A stretch of 64,000 nt of DNA from the human T2T-CHM13v2.0 reference genome, Homo sapiens (GCF_009914755.1 NC_060928.1), one strand, 5' to 3'. Counted from the stretch's first letter, positions 29,340-44,040 are shown. Program-made: numbers and translations. The notes: generated by a model from the letters alone, not told the origin.

Positions 29340-29945
29340 ACTCAACTTAAAACCACAATTAAATATCACCTTACCCAGCCAGACTGGCCATTACTAAAAA
29401 GTCAAAAAACAATAATGTTGGCACAGATGTGGTGAAAACACTTACACACTGCTGGTGGGAACGTGAGATTTCTCAAAGAACTAAAAGTAGATCTACCATT
29501 TGATCCAGCAATCCCACTACTGGGTATCTACCCAAAGGAAAAGAAGTCACTGTATCAAAAAGACACCTGCATACATATGGCTATCGCAGTACAGTTCACA
29601 ATTCCAAAGATATGGAATCAACCTAAGTGCCCATCAACCAATGAGTGGAGAAAGAAAATGTGGTATGTATACACCATGGCCTACTACTCAGCCATAAAAA
29701 AAGAAAAAATAATGCATTTTGCAGCAACTTGGATGGAGCTGGAGGCCATTATTCTAAGTGAAGTAACTCAGGAATGGAAAACCAAACACCATATATTCTC
29801 ACTTGTAAGTGGGAGCTAAGCTATGGGTACAGCAAAGGCATACAGAGTGATATAATAGACTTTGGAGGAGGATGGTGGGGGTGAGGGATAAAAAACTACA
29901 TATTGGATAGAATGTGCACTACTCAGGTGATCAGTGCACTAAAAT
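29340..29945 (+). mobile_element. L1PB-type LINE 3' fragment
   Basis: ORF 29463..29819 is the L1 ORF2 C-terminus (LPFDPAIPLLGIYP...WMELEAIILSE). Confidence 0.9.
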
Positions 29946-30575
29946 AAGTTATAGATGGTTGTTTTTCCAGAGCAGTCCACAAAACCTTCCTGTAATATAT
30001 GCTTAAGCACTCAAGCACTGAAATGAAGACACCAAGGTCTGTGTTCAGAGTTCCCTTCCTCATCACCTTAACTAGCTATAGATCCCTTGGCTAATTACTG
30101 AAAACTCACTTTTTTCTTATCTGGGAAATAAAAGGAGGCCCTCACATACATTTTCTTTTAATAAATGACTATTTGAGATAATATATTTTGAGCATTTAAC
30201 AAACTTAAAAAAGGTAAGCTACCCTAACCACTGTTACTACATGGAAATTCTCTAGCATCTATATTGAAAAGACAAAAGCTTCACAGTGACACAGAGCCTG
30301 TCATAAACCTTTTCTAACAGTGTGCTGCAGAATTTGTATTCTATAATATTTTGTAGCATATTTTTGGACAAGAAAAAAAATTTGTTGTTACCCTTTAATT
30401 ATGAAGTCTTTAAACAATGAATACATTCAGTGTTTTTATTTCAAATTTAAGAACATTGGCTGCAGTGAGCATCTCATTAAAATCACATTAAAAAATTTGA
30501 TTAAGAAATCAAATTATTGTTTTCTAATCAATCGGTTTACAATTTTAAAAATAACAAATGAAATATGACAACTAC

Positions 30576-30778
30576 CTTATCTGCCTGTCCTGAGTGAATG
30601 TAGTTACTGCAGCACTCTGGGTGCTGTTTTGTGGCATACTAGATGGAATCTGGACCATGCTTCCGGCTGCAGGCTGAGAAATCACCATAGTGTTATACAG
30701 TGGGGCTGTAAGAGTGCTCTGTGTCTGACTGGGTAGAGATGTTTGCTGACTGTGCCCACTCAGTACATTTTGTTGACT
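30576..30778 (-). CDS. CLOCK: CLOCK exon 21
   Basis: ttttaacag/gtagtt; 203 nt [67 protein letters not shown]. Confidence 0.96.
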
Positions 30779-31337
30779 CTGTTAAAAATAAAGAGATTTT
30801 ATAGACAGATTAACTGAAAATAATTATTTGGGAAGTATGCTAGAATTCATCATTCTAACAATATGACAATATGACAGAGAAAGAAGTGGCAGGATATATT
30901 ACTCTGGGGGAAATATAACCACAAAGGAATGACTCGTGGTAACTGAGAATGAATTAGTCTTGAATATCTTGCTGGAAGGCAAGCTATGACTTTAGAAAGG
31001 AGTGTGATTGTAATAGAGATGATATAAAATATACTCAAAGAATTTCTGTTAAATGCCCAAAGTGAATGACTAATTAGTGGGCATTTTTCTATTTTTCATT
31101 TAAATCCTTGGGATTTACAGTCACAGATCTACAGTAATTACCAACATTTTCTGGAATATTCAATAAACCATTATGCCCCCTCCCCCAACAGTCTATTCTG
31201 CACATATGGGAACAGGCTTCCTGGTCAGCCTCTTGAGCAAGTCATACCTTTTAAACACAGAAATAGTCTAAGTTACAAGAACTTGGTATAACTACTAGAC
31301 TACATCTTTAAACAGATTGTGACATATTTTAAAGCTC

Positions 31338-31660
<323 letters not shown>

Positions 31661-31830
31661 CTAACATGATTTGCACAAAATATTTTAATAATCACTCTCA
31701 ATACTATACTTTCTAAATACTATTAAATTTTGAAATGATATTTTATCATTAGAGCTTTATTTCTGCTTCAGCAATAGTGTGCCTTCCAACCACTGATCAC
31801 TCCATAGCCCGCTGTGCTCAGTAACATTAC

Positions 31831-32040
31831 CTGAGTTGATGTACTCTGTAAAGTCTGTTGTTGTATCATGTGCTGAGTTGTGCCAATGTGTCCAGTATTC
31901 ATTCCACTTTGAATCTGGTTAGTAGGAACAACTTGGCCTTGCATATTTATAGGTGCAAGTTGCTGGATATTAGATGAATTTCCAGAAGAAAGTTGAACGG
32001 AACCAAAATTCAACCCAGGATTTGATTGTTGCAAAAACAT
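31831..32040 (-). CDS. CLOCK: CLOCK exon 20
   Basis: tttaaag/gtaatg; 210 nt MFLQQSNPG...LQSTSTQ. Confidence 0.96.
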
Positions 32041-32776
32041 CTTTAAAAATAAAGATTATGTTAAAATGAGCTTTGTAGATTGAAAAGAAGAATGAGCATT
32101 AAAAAGAAGGCAAAATCAAGCTACAAAGTATGTTTAAAAAGCAAGTAACAAGGCTAAGTCACTTTGAAGAATTAGCAATAAATAAGTAGTGAATAAAATA
32201 TGAAACTTTATATTCAATCTTTCAGTTATCTTGTTTCCAATTGTTAGAAAAAGTGTAACTAGTGTTAGTCTGTGGATTGACAGCTCTGTATCACTTATCA
32301 TTTATAATTTATAACATCACACAGAAGTAGTTTTCACTCCAAGTTTCCCTTTACCAAAGTCATAGTCTCCTAGAGTGGTCCTGCTGGTTGGTCATATAAG
32401 ACTAATTTGAATCATACATACTGGTATCTTAATAAAAATATTACTGATGATTGATTTATAAATTCTGTACCCAAGATGTACCTAAAACTTTATGTAAAAT
32501 ATAATTTTTATATTATGGATTCAAACTTACTAAAATTTGGACTGGTAAAAAAAGATGACTGGAGAAACAAGGATGTTGACAGAAATACCCTCAGAAACAA
32601 ATTATCTTTAGAGACTGTAAGTATAATCATACTGAGTAGGTAACCAGTGAATATTTATTGAACTGAATTGATAAAACGTATCTCTTGCATCTCACTTTTA
32701 ATTAAGAAAAGTTAATTTTCCTAGAAATCCAAAATGTGAATGGGATGCTTTGTTTGTATTCAAATATAACAATTAC

Positions 32777-32929
32777 CTGCAGCCCCTGACCATGGACCAT
32801 CTGAAGTTGTTCTTGAATTTTTCTTAGTTCTTCTTGTTGCCGATGAATATTTGCTTCTATCATGCGTGTCCGTTGTTCCAATTGGTCTTTCAGATGTTGC
32901 ATGGCTCCTAATTGAGCTGAAAACTGAAA
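32777..32929 (-). CDS. CLOCK: CLOCK exon 19 (51 codons, coiled coil; orthologue of the exon skipped in mouse Clock-delta19)
   Basis: cttcag/gtaatt; 153 nt [51 protein letters not shown]. Confidence 0.97.
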
Positions 32930-33247
32930 CTGAAGTACCATGTACGGAAAAAGTGTAATATATTTTAGAATTACTTACTCCTTATAATTGCACAACATGA
33001 AAAGTAAGCAGTATAACATGAGTGAAGGATGATAACATCCTTCACTAGTTATGTCCCTTAGTTTCTAATCCACCCATCTTTGCTCTGCTTTGTAATATTG
33101 GACCTGGACCTTCAAAATATTTCTCCTTTGCCAGCAGGCACAAAGTTATCCACATCAGTAGGTGGTGCTGGAGGGACACTGCCAAGAAAGTGCTCAACTC
33201 CTGGTTCTGGTGCTTCTTGCTCTTATGTCAGGGTGCCAACGGGAAGC

Positions 33248-33416
33248 TTTTAATATTTTCTCAACCACGTTTAACATATGATATGGTCTGGTTATTGTTA
33301 ATTTCTGAAATCAAAGTTGTGTGCCCTGAAATGTAATTTAGTATCCCAAATACAAACTATTGAAGATAGAGTTAAAAAGCTTTGGATGGGAAGGACATTT
33401 CTCACTTTTACATACA
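33248..33416. repeat. 169-bp inverted duplication, copy A (inside LTR33)
   Basis: reverse complement of 34988-35156 with a single mismatch (33391 vs 35013). Confidence 0.95.
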
Positions 33417-33727
33417 CCTGCCCCGGCAGGTGGCTTTCCAGCAAGTCTCAATGACATCCTAGTGGGCAGCTTCCCTGCAAGCTTTACCAGTACCCCAGCT
33501 GATGGCTTCCAGCTCTCTACCTCTAATCTGTGGCATGTCAGTGAACTTCTCTATTATCCAGTTGCTATAGCCACATTTGCCCCAAGAAGATCTGCATCTT
33601 AGCCTGGCATGGGGGAAGAGGAGGTTAGGAGCTTGTGGGGAGTCTTCTAAGTATGTTCCTTCCTTGGGTACTCTCCATCTACCTTACAGCTAGTGGTTGC
33701 TCTCTGCATCTGCTATTTCTATATTCT

Positions 33728-34038
33728 TTTTTTTTTTTTTTTTTTTTTTTTTGAGACAGGATCTCACTCTGTCACCCAGGCTGGAAAGCAGTGGTGCGAT
33801 CATGGCTCTCTACAGCCTTAACTTTCTGGGTTCAAGAGCTCCTCCCATCTCAGCCTCCCCAGTGGCTGGGACTACAGGCATGCACCACCACACCTGGCTA
33901 ACATAAAAATGTATTTTCTTGTAAAAATAGGGTCTTGCTATGTTGCCCATGCTGGTCTTGAACTCATTGGCTCAAGAAGTCCTCCTACTTCGGCCTTCCA
34001 AAGTGCTAAGAATACAGGCATGAGCCACCACACCCAGC
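33728..34038 (-). mobile_element. antisense AluJ
   Basis: T tail plus consensus. Confidence 0.9.
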
Positions 34039-34241
34039 TTTATTCCTATATTCTTTAGGTTCTCTTTACTTCTTTTAGGAGTTAATCCGTGTTACCAGTT
34101 AATAATTTTTTATATTATTCCTGTTCAAATTTCTGGTATGCTTCTGGCTTCTGACTGGATACTTGACTGATTACACATACACCCTGGATTTACAAGACCT
34201 GAGCTCATATTGTGGCTACCACTTACTGGAAAAAAATTTAA

Positions 34242-34589
<348 letters not shown>

Positions 34590-34987
34590 TAGAATGCCCT
34601 CTATGTGTACATGAGTAGAATTACCCAAAGTTGCAAAAATCTGACAGATAACCAATAATATTTTCACTTTTATCTTCAATGGAAACTATCCTCAGATAAG
34701 TATAGAACATGGGCTTTTAAAGACTAGGCAAGTATGAATGAATAAACGCATACATGAATGAAAATAAAATTATATTTTCAATCTTATTTCTCTGTTTTAC
34801 TTGAGTCATGAGCAGCTCCTATTTTCTTCTGCTTATAATTTACCCACATTTGGTGATTCATCTCTTAAGTCTATACAGGCTCTTTAATTATTCCCATGAA
34901 TTTTCAGTATATGATACAGTATAAGAGCAGAAAGAGTTTCACTTTATTGGAAGGAAATCTGTCTTAAAGTAGCCTCTTACAGTGAAC

Positions 34988-35156
34988 TGTATGTAAAAGT
35001 GAGAAATGTCCTCCCCATCCAAAGCTTTTTAACTCTATCTTCAATAGTTTGTATTTGGGATACTAAATTACATTTCAGGGCACACAACTTTGATTTCAGA
35101 AATTAACAATAACCAGACCATATCATATGTTAAACGTGGTTGAGAAAATATTAAAA
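34988..35156. repeat. 169-bp inverted duplication, copy B
   Basis: reverse complement of 33248-33416. Confidence 0.95.
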
Positions 35157-35228
35157 ATTTAGTACCTCAACTCCCTCAAGTTTTTTTTTTTGTTTTTTTT
35201 TAAATATTAGTCAAAATGTTATAATTAT

Positions 35229-35516
35229 GGCCGGGCATGGTGGCTCACAGCTGTAATCCCAGGACTTTGGGAGGCCGAGGTGGGCAGAATGCTTGAGTCC
35301 AGGAGTTTGAGACCAGCCTGGGCAACATGGCAAAACCCTGTCTCTACTAAAAATATAAAAACTAGCCGGGTGTGGTGGCATGTGCCTGTAGTCCCAGCTA
35401 CTCGGGAGACTGAGGCGGGATCGCCTGAGCTCAGGAAGCAGAGGTTGCAGTAAGCCGAGATTGCGCCACTGCACTCCAGCCTGGGTGACAGGGTGAGGCG
35501 TCGTCTCAAAAAAAAA
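35229..35516 (+). mobile_element. Alu
   Basis: full dimer. Confidence 0.92.
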
Positions 35517-36718
35517 TTAAAAAGTTACATTTATGTCATACAAATGTTATTTTATTATAACTAAAGTTATTTGTACCTTTGGACAAGCATTATATTGATA
35601 GCAATATAGCACTTAAAGGATTTCTATCAAGTACAAAAGAAAATAGTAACAAACACAGAAGGTAGGATAACAGGAAGTAAAACCACAGACCTAAGAGGCA
35701 AAGCATTTGGCTTTATTGGTGAACAAAATGTGAGACATGAATGCTTACTAACATTTTTGACATAGTAGGTATCCTTTATTTCATGAAAATATCCCCATAA
35801 CATGTTAAGAAATGCTTTAGAATCCTGAGATTAAAAAACTAATAATATAGAAAGTATGTATCTCCTATCATATATGTATGACTTAAATTAAATAACCATA
35901 TAAGATGGAGCTATTTTTAAAAATATTGTTTTCACCTATTATTAATGATCATTCCTTGAAATCAAGACCTGCTAAGTTAAGGTATATTTAATGCCAAACA
36001 AAACAGAAAAGTTGAAGAAAAATACTACTTCTCCATAGTATTTTTAATGTGTTTGAGGCACTGAATGAGTACAGAGTCATAAATTACAAGTTGGGAAGTT
36101 AGGCTCTAAAGTAACAGCATCACTCTTGGAATTACTCCCCCTTTTTTTTGGCTACTTTCCACATTCAGGCCTCCTTCTGGACTTAGGCCAAGAAACAATT
36201 CTCCTAGAAAGTTTTCCTTCACTTCCTCAGGTTGCATTAAGGATTCACACAATCTGCTTACATATCAACTTACATACTTTCAGCACAGGCAATATAGCAT
36301 GGTATTGTAGGCATCTGTCATTCCCTCTAGATGTAATGGTTTTTTAGTTCATATATTTGTACTGTCGGCATCTGCAATGCCTGTTACACACAAAGAACTC
36401 AATAAATATCAAAAGAATGAGTATACAAATAAAGTTACTCAATTCTTCCAATATTCATAGGAGGAACAAAATGAACAGCTACATTTCATCCTTAATATCT
36501 TTATGTCTACAGTGTTCCTCAATGAGGGAGTGTTATGGCATATTAGGCAGGACAATTCTTTGTTGTGCAAGACTCTTATGCATCCTGAAAGATATTTAGT
36601 ATTCCTGGACCATGCTCACTAAGGGCCAGTGATACCCCACAATCATTACAACAATCAAAAATGTCCCCAGATATCCTAAATGACCCCAGTTAAGATTCAC
36701 TGCATCTGTAACTATAAT

Positions 36719-36743
36719 TATATATGTGCGCGCGCGCACGCGC

Positions 36744-36789
<46 letters not shown>
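36719..36789. repeat. compound (TA)n(CG)n(TG)21 microsatellite
   Basis: uninterrupted purine-pyrimidine alternation; (TG)21 at 36747-36788. Confidence 0.95.
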
Positions 36790-36790
<1 letters not shown>

Positions 36791-36922
36791 CCTACCTCAG
36801 CCTCCCAAGTAGCTGTGGCTACAGGTGCTTGCCAGCAAGCCTGGATTTTTAAAAAAATTACATTAGCTTAAAAGCAATTTATCATATTCAAATACGCAAC
36901 TGAAACAAAAACCAAAAAGTAC

Positions 36923-37012
36923 CTGGGACATGCCTTGTGGAATTGGTAAATTTGTAGCTTGAGACATCACTGGCTGTGTTAATGATGAACCAACAGACTG
37001 GGAATTTATGGA
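36923..37012 (-). CDS. CLOCK: CLOCK exon 18 (90 nt, symmetric phase 0)
   Basis: ctctag / weak gtactt donor; [30 protein letters not shown]. Confidence 0.94.
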
Positions 37013-37539
37013 CTAGAGCAAAATAAAAAATAACACTGAAGTGATTCTCATTCCCATACATGAGTACTTCCAGCAGAAATATCAATATGATATTCGTATT
37101 AATAAACTTACCATTTGCCTCATACTTTTGTTAGCTGAATACAGCTATGTCTTCTCATCTATATTGGAAAGGCCTGTTCCCTATTTATCTTTTATTTTCC
37201 AAGGAACTTCCTACAGTACCTTGAACAAGCTCTCAATAAAAGTTGGCCAGACTTAAGACAATTGGTATTTGAACTTAGACATAAAACAGCTATCAATTTT
37301 GAGCTTTCCACAATTAAAAAAAAAAAAACTAACATTTTACTTGAAAAATAATTAGAAGGACCAATACATATGACAACCACTTCATACAAGAAAAGGAAGT
37401 CTTAAGTAAGTGTCACATATCAGTAACTATTTTGATCTTTACAAAGAGGGGTGACAAATAGATGAATTTCTGAAGATTTAGATCATTTTTCCCCTCTTAA
37501 TAAATCTTTATTCAGAAGAATATCCACTAAAGAGCTTAC

Positions 37540-37640
37540 CTGACTACTAAATGATGACCTTCTTTGCACCATCTTCTCATGAGCTGGTAAATGCTGCCTG
37601 GGTGGAGTGCTCGTATCCGTCGGGATCTTGGTTGGTGTTG
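37540..37640 (-). CDS. CLOCK: CLOCK exon 17
   Basis: ttcag/gtaagc; 101 nt [33 protein letters not shown]. Confidence 0.96.
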
Positions 37641-38234
37641 CTGAAGTCAACAAAATCAGAAGAGCATTAGTACTTTATAAAATATAGTTTTTAAAGATTA
37701 ATCTCAAAATGTATTTCAGTTAATAAAAATGGCTTTTGAATTATTTTTCCAAACCATTCAATGAAAGTGAAGTCCATGACAGATGATTCAATGTAGTTAC
37801 TTCTATCTTTTTATGAGCACAAAGAAAATAGTTGAAATAGGAAAATTTTAAATACAAAAAGTCACTAATTTAATGACAATTATACAAGTCTTCAAAAAGA
37901 GAAGACAATAAAAAACTTTCAAAAAGCAAACCTAAGAACACTTACTGGCCCTACAGTAAAAAAACACAATAAATAGTTGCCTTTCTTTTTGAGGGATGAT
38001 TAAAAACATCACCATCACCATTACCACCTACACATTTTAATAGGCTACTTGAAGAACTTAATTCTTTGCTGAAAGTGGGCAATGTCCCTTTAACTCACTG
38101 GAAAGGTTACTACATTTCAGAAATGTAAAAACTTATAATTTTAAAGAAGCGTTTGATGAGAAATGCTGATATAAGTAACTAAAAGTTTAGTTAGTTACTT
38201 TAAAGGAAGTCTGCTTTGAAGCAAGGGTACTCAC

Positions 38235-38376
38235 AGGAAGGGTCTGAGACGGCCGTGTGAGATGATTTTCTTGAACTCCGAGAAGAGGCAGAAGGGGTTG
38301 GGCTGTGATCAAACCTTTCCAATGCTTCCTTGAGACTGACTGTGTTTATACGATTATCTGACCCAGAATCTTGGCT
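38235..38376 (-). CDS. CLOCK: CLOCK exon 16
   Basis: ccatag/gtgagt; 142 nt [47 protein letters not shown]. Confidence 0.96.
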
Positions 38377-38630
38377 CTATGGAGACAGAGTAAAATAAAT
38401 GTTTTCTTGTGGTTCAGTTCAGAGATCTCAAATTCACAATACTGTTAACAACAACAAAAAAATCAGTTTTTGTCTATAACAAGGCAAAAGTACCTGTATG
38501 TACATACACATGTAAAGAAATGAAAATTTATGTGTTATAGCCAGAAAGTTTTGGCTTCATTTTCTATTTAAAGAAAGAGAAGAAGAATGAAGTTGGAATC
38601 TCTTACACCATATACAAAAATTAACTCAAG

Positions 38631-38924
38631 ACCAGGTGTGGTGGCTTACACCTGTAATCCCAGCACTTTGGGAAGCTGAAGCAGGCAGATCACCTGAGGT
38701 CAGGAGTTTGAGACCAGCCTGGCCAACAGGGTGAAACCCCGTCTCTACCAAAAATACAAAATTTAGCCAGGCATGATGGCAGATGCCTTGTGATCCCAGC
38801 TACTCCGGCGGCTGAGGCAGGAGAATTCCCTGAACTGAGGAGGCGGAGGATGTAGTGAGCCGAGATCCTGCCACTGCATTCCAGCCTGGGCAAAAGAGCG
38901 AGACTCCATCTCAAAAAAAAAAAA
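38631..38924 (+). mobile_element. AluS inserted in an L1M fragment (~38590-39005)
   Basis: TSD attaactcaa on both sides; L1 sequence resumes after the tail. Confidence 0.9.
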
Positions 38925-39099
38925 ACATTAACTCAAAATGAATCACAGACCTAAATTTTAACAGCTAAAACTACATAACTCTTACAAGAAAACATAGGGG
39001 AGAAAGCCAGGTGAATGCCTGCGGTGCCAACTACCCAGGAAGCTGAGAAGAGAATTGCTTAAGCCCAGGAGCTAGAGTTTCATAGTTTCATACAGCGAC

Positions 39100-39700
39100 A
39101 CTAATCTTTCCCTTCACCAATGTTTCTTTCTCCATCAGCTCATTCTCATCAGTATACAAACATGCTGTTATTTCTCTCAACTTAAAAAAAAAAAAGGCAA
39201 AAAATTCCTTTAAGCCCACTTTCCCTTCCTACCACTGCCCCATTTCTCTTCTCTTTGTAGCAAAACCCCTCCCTATTCACTGTCCCTAATTCCCCCATCC
39301 TGGAAAACTGTCTTTTAAACCAACTCTAATCATGCTTTCACCCACACTGCTACTCCACAAAATCTGTTCTTATTGATCACCAATGAATTAAATGTTAAAG
39401 TTAATGCTCAGTTCTCAACACTCATCTAAAATTTAACTTATTTCAGCTGAATCTGATACAGCTGATCATTCACTCCTCACTGATACTCTTGTCTTCTAAG
39501 TAACTTCCTGGTTTTATTCCTAACTTACTAGCTATTACCCCCCTGTTGTTGATTCTTCCTTGTCTCCATCACCTCTTAATATTGGAGTGCTCCAAGACAC
39601 ACCCATCCCTTTGGTGATCCCATCAAAATTCATGATTTTGAAACCATCCACACATTGAAGTTTCTCAAAAATATCTCAGAAGGACCTCGTCCCTAAACCC
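39100..39700 (-). mobile_element. L2 fragment
   Basis: pyrimidine-rich L2-like motifs (caactctaatcatgctttcacccacac, gctgatcattcactcc). Confidence 0.6.
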
Positions 39701-40195
39701 CAGGGGGATCATGATGCTGGCAGTAAATATGGTGGGAAAGTAGACATAGCTGGTGTGTATTTTGGAAACAGGGCTAATTTAGGATTTACTAGGATTGAAT
39801 CTTTGCATAAGGGAAAAAGAAGGATAATTAATCTCTGTATTACTTCAGTTTTCATAATGGTCCCCTAATCAAGGAACCCTAGATTTTAAGAACTTTTCTC
39901 AGAAAATAATGTCTTCTACCAAAACATACTATGTCCTCTTCTTCTAAACATACAAAACCTCTTTGGAAAAGTTCTTTCACGTGGGATCCATGAAAGCAGG
40001 GAAGTTGTTTGCATTATTCAGTGCTGTATTCTTAGCATCTAGATCCATGCCGGGTAGAAGGTACTTTATAACATTTGTTGAATGACTGAATGACATCTAC
40101 CATATTGTCCCCTGGAATGCTGCCTATTTAACTCAAGTTTTATATAGATTTTTGACTCTTTTCATTCTACTTATTTTCTGCAGGTCCAAAAATAC

Positions 40196-40746
40196 TGTGG
40201 TAGGCAATTTCTGACATGGCTCACAATTCCTGCCTCCTGATATTCATGCCCTTGCATAATCCTCCCATCTTGAGTGTGGGCTGGATCTACTGATTTCCTT
40301 ATATAATGCATAGAATAGACAAAAGTGGTGAGGTATCAATCCTGTGATTAGGTTACAAAAGACTGTGACTTCCATCTTGCAGGTAGTTTCTCTCCCTGGC
40401 TCATCTTGCATGCTTGCTCTGATGGAAAAGGTCACCTGGAAAGGAACTGAGGATAGCCTTCAGCCAGCAAGAAACCAAGGCCCTCAGTCCAACTGCCCAT
40501 GAGGAACTGAAGTGTGCCAGCAACCACTAAGTGAGGTGGAAACAGATGCCACCTCAGTTGAACTTTGAGATGACTGTGGCTCCCACCAACACCTTGATTA
40601 CAGCCTCATGAAAGAATCTGAAGTAGAGGGTCCAGCTAAACTGTGCCTGGACTCTTGACTCACCAAACTAGGAGATAACAAGTGTGTTGTTTTATATCAC
40701 TAAATTTTGGAGTAAGTTGTTACACAGCTATAGATAACTAATATAC
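40196..40746 (+). mobile_element. MLT1 (MaLR) solo LTR
   Basis: tgtggtaggc start, gttacacagctatagataactaata end. Confidence 0.85.
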
Positions 40747-41197
40747 TATACTTCTGACCTGATATAACAAAAAAGAAACCAGAGTTCCAATTCTGACTAT
40801 AATTTCCCAGCCAGTGTCTTTAGGGAAGATTTTTTTTTCCCCTCTTGAAACCCCAATTTCAGTATTTTCAAAGTGGGGATATTACCTACCCGATAAAAAT
40901 ATCTGATGTGTAAATTATATTTCATAATTCATATAAATAACCTAGCCAGAGACTAGTACATCACTGGGAATAAATGGTAGTTTTGAGATCAGACACATCT
41001 CTCATCCAATTTTCTTTTTAGAGGCAGGTGAGACTCTAAAATATTAAATTAAAAATAAGTAGTAAAGTATAATCACATCCCCGTTATAAGTGAGGAAATA
41101 AAGTATTTTTGAAAAATAGTTTTCCTATTAATTATTGAGTTTCATCTTTTATTGGGGAGAAATTAAAAATAATTTTTTTTAATTATAAGAAACATAC

Positions 41198-41273
41198 TTT
41201 GTCAGCAGCTGTCTCAGGAAGAGACTCTTCAATGCCAAGTTCTCGTCGTCTTTCAGCCCTAACTTCTGCATAA
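41198..41273 (-). CDS. CLOCK: CLOCK exon 15
   Basis: tttgtag/gtatgt; 76 nt [25 protein letters not shown]. Confidence 0.96.
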
Positions 41274-41820
41274 CTACAAATGGAAAAAATAATCAAATTT
41301 TAGTGTCTGGTCATTCGTTTAAAATACTGCACAGCTGTAACTATTCAGTGTTGTTACGTGTCTCATCTGTTCATCTAGACTATTTGCTATGTGCTACACA
41401 AACCTAAAATATACCTATAATGTCTTAATTTAACTTGCATTTTTCTAGGTATCTTAAAGTTTCATACACTGCTGTAAACGATCCATAACCACACAATACT
41501 TAAATTAAGAAAAATAAATAAAGGAAGTGTATGCTTATCTACCTACAGTTTTCCTTTTACATGACTGACATTACTACATAAATGACAGTAACAACTTCTG
41601 CTGTAAAGCACAAAATTTATATCAAGACTTATATATCTATATCATTCCTATATTTATATATAATGCCTATAAGTAAATTTAATAATATATTGAAAGGATC
41701 TATCAGCAATTGAGAAAAGAGCACTTTGTAGCTCTTTAACAACTTACGCATAAAAGTTACAATGCCAAAATCATCATAGGATGTTACAGTAATTCAGAAA
41801 TTCTCTAAAAGAATTATTAC

Positions 41821-41968
41821 CTTACTACAGTGTGAGTACAAACAATAAACTCTGGCCTTGAATTCCACTGATGGTAAGTGATATAATAATGAGTCTGAAG
41901 CCAAATCCACTGTTGCCCCTTAGTCAGGAACCTATAATAACATGATTTGCCTTTCCCATATTGCATTA
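41821..41968 (-). CDS. CLOCK: CLOCK exon 14 (PAS-B/PAC)
   Basis: cttttag/gtaata; 148 nt [48 protein letters not shown]. Confidence 0.96.
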
Positions 41969-42476
41969 CTAAAAGGAAAATAGAGAAATATTTTTTCTTT
42001 AATTCATATTATATAAAGATTGTTTTTTAACCAAAAGCTATCATTTACATTTAAGTTTACACATACTATTATTTTTCTGGCCTTTTGATAACATATATGT
42101 CAATATGAAAATGTTATTCTTTAGAGCTAGTTTAAGGTCCCAAGCAATTATCAGATCTACAGTGCCCAATTCACAGCTAGTCACTGCTGATCTTACAATC
42201 TTTCCATACACAATTAATACTTAAGAATTCACACTGCTGACTTCCTCCTGCCTAGATATACAGAGGGTAATAACAATAAATAATCACCCCTGAGTTTTTT
42301 CTCCTAACTACTCTGGCAGGCACAGAATCTTTGAAGCATTTAATTTTAAACCTTAACTAACCAAAATCAAAGTAACTGAGTCTGAAGTAACTGAGTGCAG
42401 TAACTGCCAAAACATGTGCTGTGGATTTTAAGTTCTGAAGCGTTTTAACAGATATTAAACAAAAAAATGGGTTTTG

Positions 42477-42817
<341 letters not shown>

Positions 42818-44040
42818 TTAAATAGGTGTCTTCAGTTTTCTCAAAACCTAGAGTATGCTAATGCATGTGCAGATTCTCTGAGGGATTATGAAGTGTTTCC
42901 CCATCTTCCTTGACTATAAAGTCTTTTTTTATGGACCAACATTCGGTGGAACAAACCTTAGAAAATGCTAGTCAAGAATCTCTCAATCTGTCCCCCCACC
43001 CCCCAACCCCGCCGCCACCGCCTCTCACTCTCTAAGGAGGAAATCAAGGTCTACAAACAAACTTGCTGTCCAAAGTTACCCAGCTAGTTAATAGAGGTAT
43101 CAGCTCTTTAGACAACATCATGGTGCTTAATGCCCACATCTTTTGTGCTGAAATGACTTTACTCTGAAAATTTTCCATAGAGTTAATGCTATTATACAAC
43201 CTGCTTCATTTTCATACAGTGAGGTTTATAACAGCAGCATAAAACGTCATGAAAAGGTCTAAAATATCTAGTTAAGCTTTAGTGAACACTCAAGATGGTA
43301 AGCATCTGGGAGGAGGATCAGAGAAGCAAATAAAACATATCATTAAGGCAAACCTCATCATTAAAACAAACTTCTAAAATAAATACATGTGATAAAAAGA
43401 GTAGGCCTAGGCTCCAATCCTGTCTCTGCCACCAATGAGCTATGAAATTATGGGTGAATTACTTAGCCTTACTGTGTTCTCAGCTTACTCATGAAGATAA
43501 TAATAGCATCTACCTTTTAGAACTGTGATGGAGAATAATGAAGATAATAGATGTAAAGTGTTTAGAACAGTGCCTGGCACAAAGGATGATAATGCTCCTG
43601 CTCTAACAACAATAATAAGCAGATAACACCAAGCACTTACTATGAGCTTTCTAAGACAGATTTTCCAGACATGTACCTAGCTCCTGAAAAGATTCACATG
43701 CCTCAAAATCAAAATTTAGGAAACAATACTCCAAAAGTTTGAAGTATTACAATTTTCAAAGGAATCTACTTCTCTTACTCCAGATATAGAGCTCACGTGC
43801 TTCAGAACAAGGTGTATTAGATGCAATATTATAAAATTCTACTTATTATAAAAATAGGAACAAGTTTAAACTTGATCTATGATTCCTACTACATTGGTTA
43901 TATACATAAAGCAAAATCTTTTAGCATATTTCAAAAATATGAAAATGATTATAAATCTGTGTCTTACTACCTATCATTTCAGGACAGGACTTCTGCTTAT
44001 AAAACAGTTATTATCACCAGAAATGTTAAAATCTACTTAC

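Larger units (their letters stand above)
33043..34175 (+). mobile_element. LTR33-like ERVL solo LTR, interrupted by inverted-duplication copy A and an antisense Alu
   Basis: gttatgtcccttag..ccacccatctttgctctgctttgt..atttctcctttgccagc start; ctggatacttgactgattaca end. Confidence 0.7.

Noticed and set aside
29463-29819. 118-aa ORF
   Set aside because: L1 ORF2 C-terminal remnant.
33155-33170. CTCF-like motif tcagtaggtggtgct in LTR33
   Set aside because: Mismatches at key positions; cannot be supported without ChIP data.
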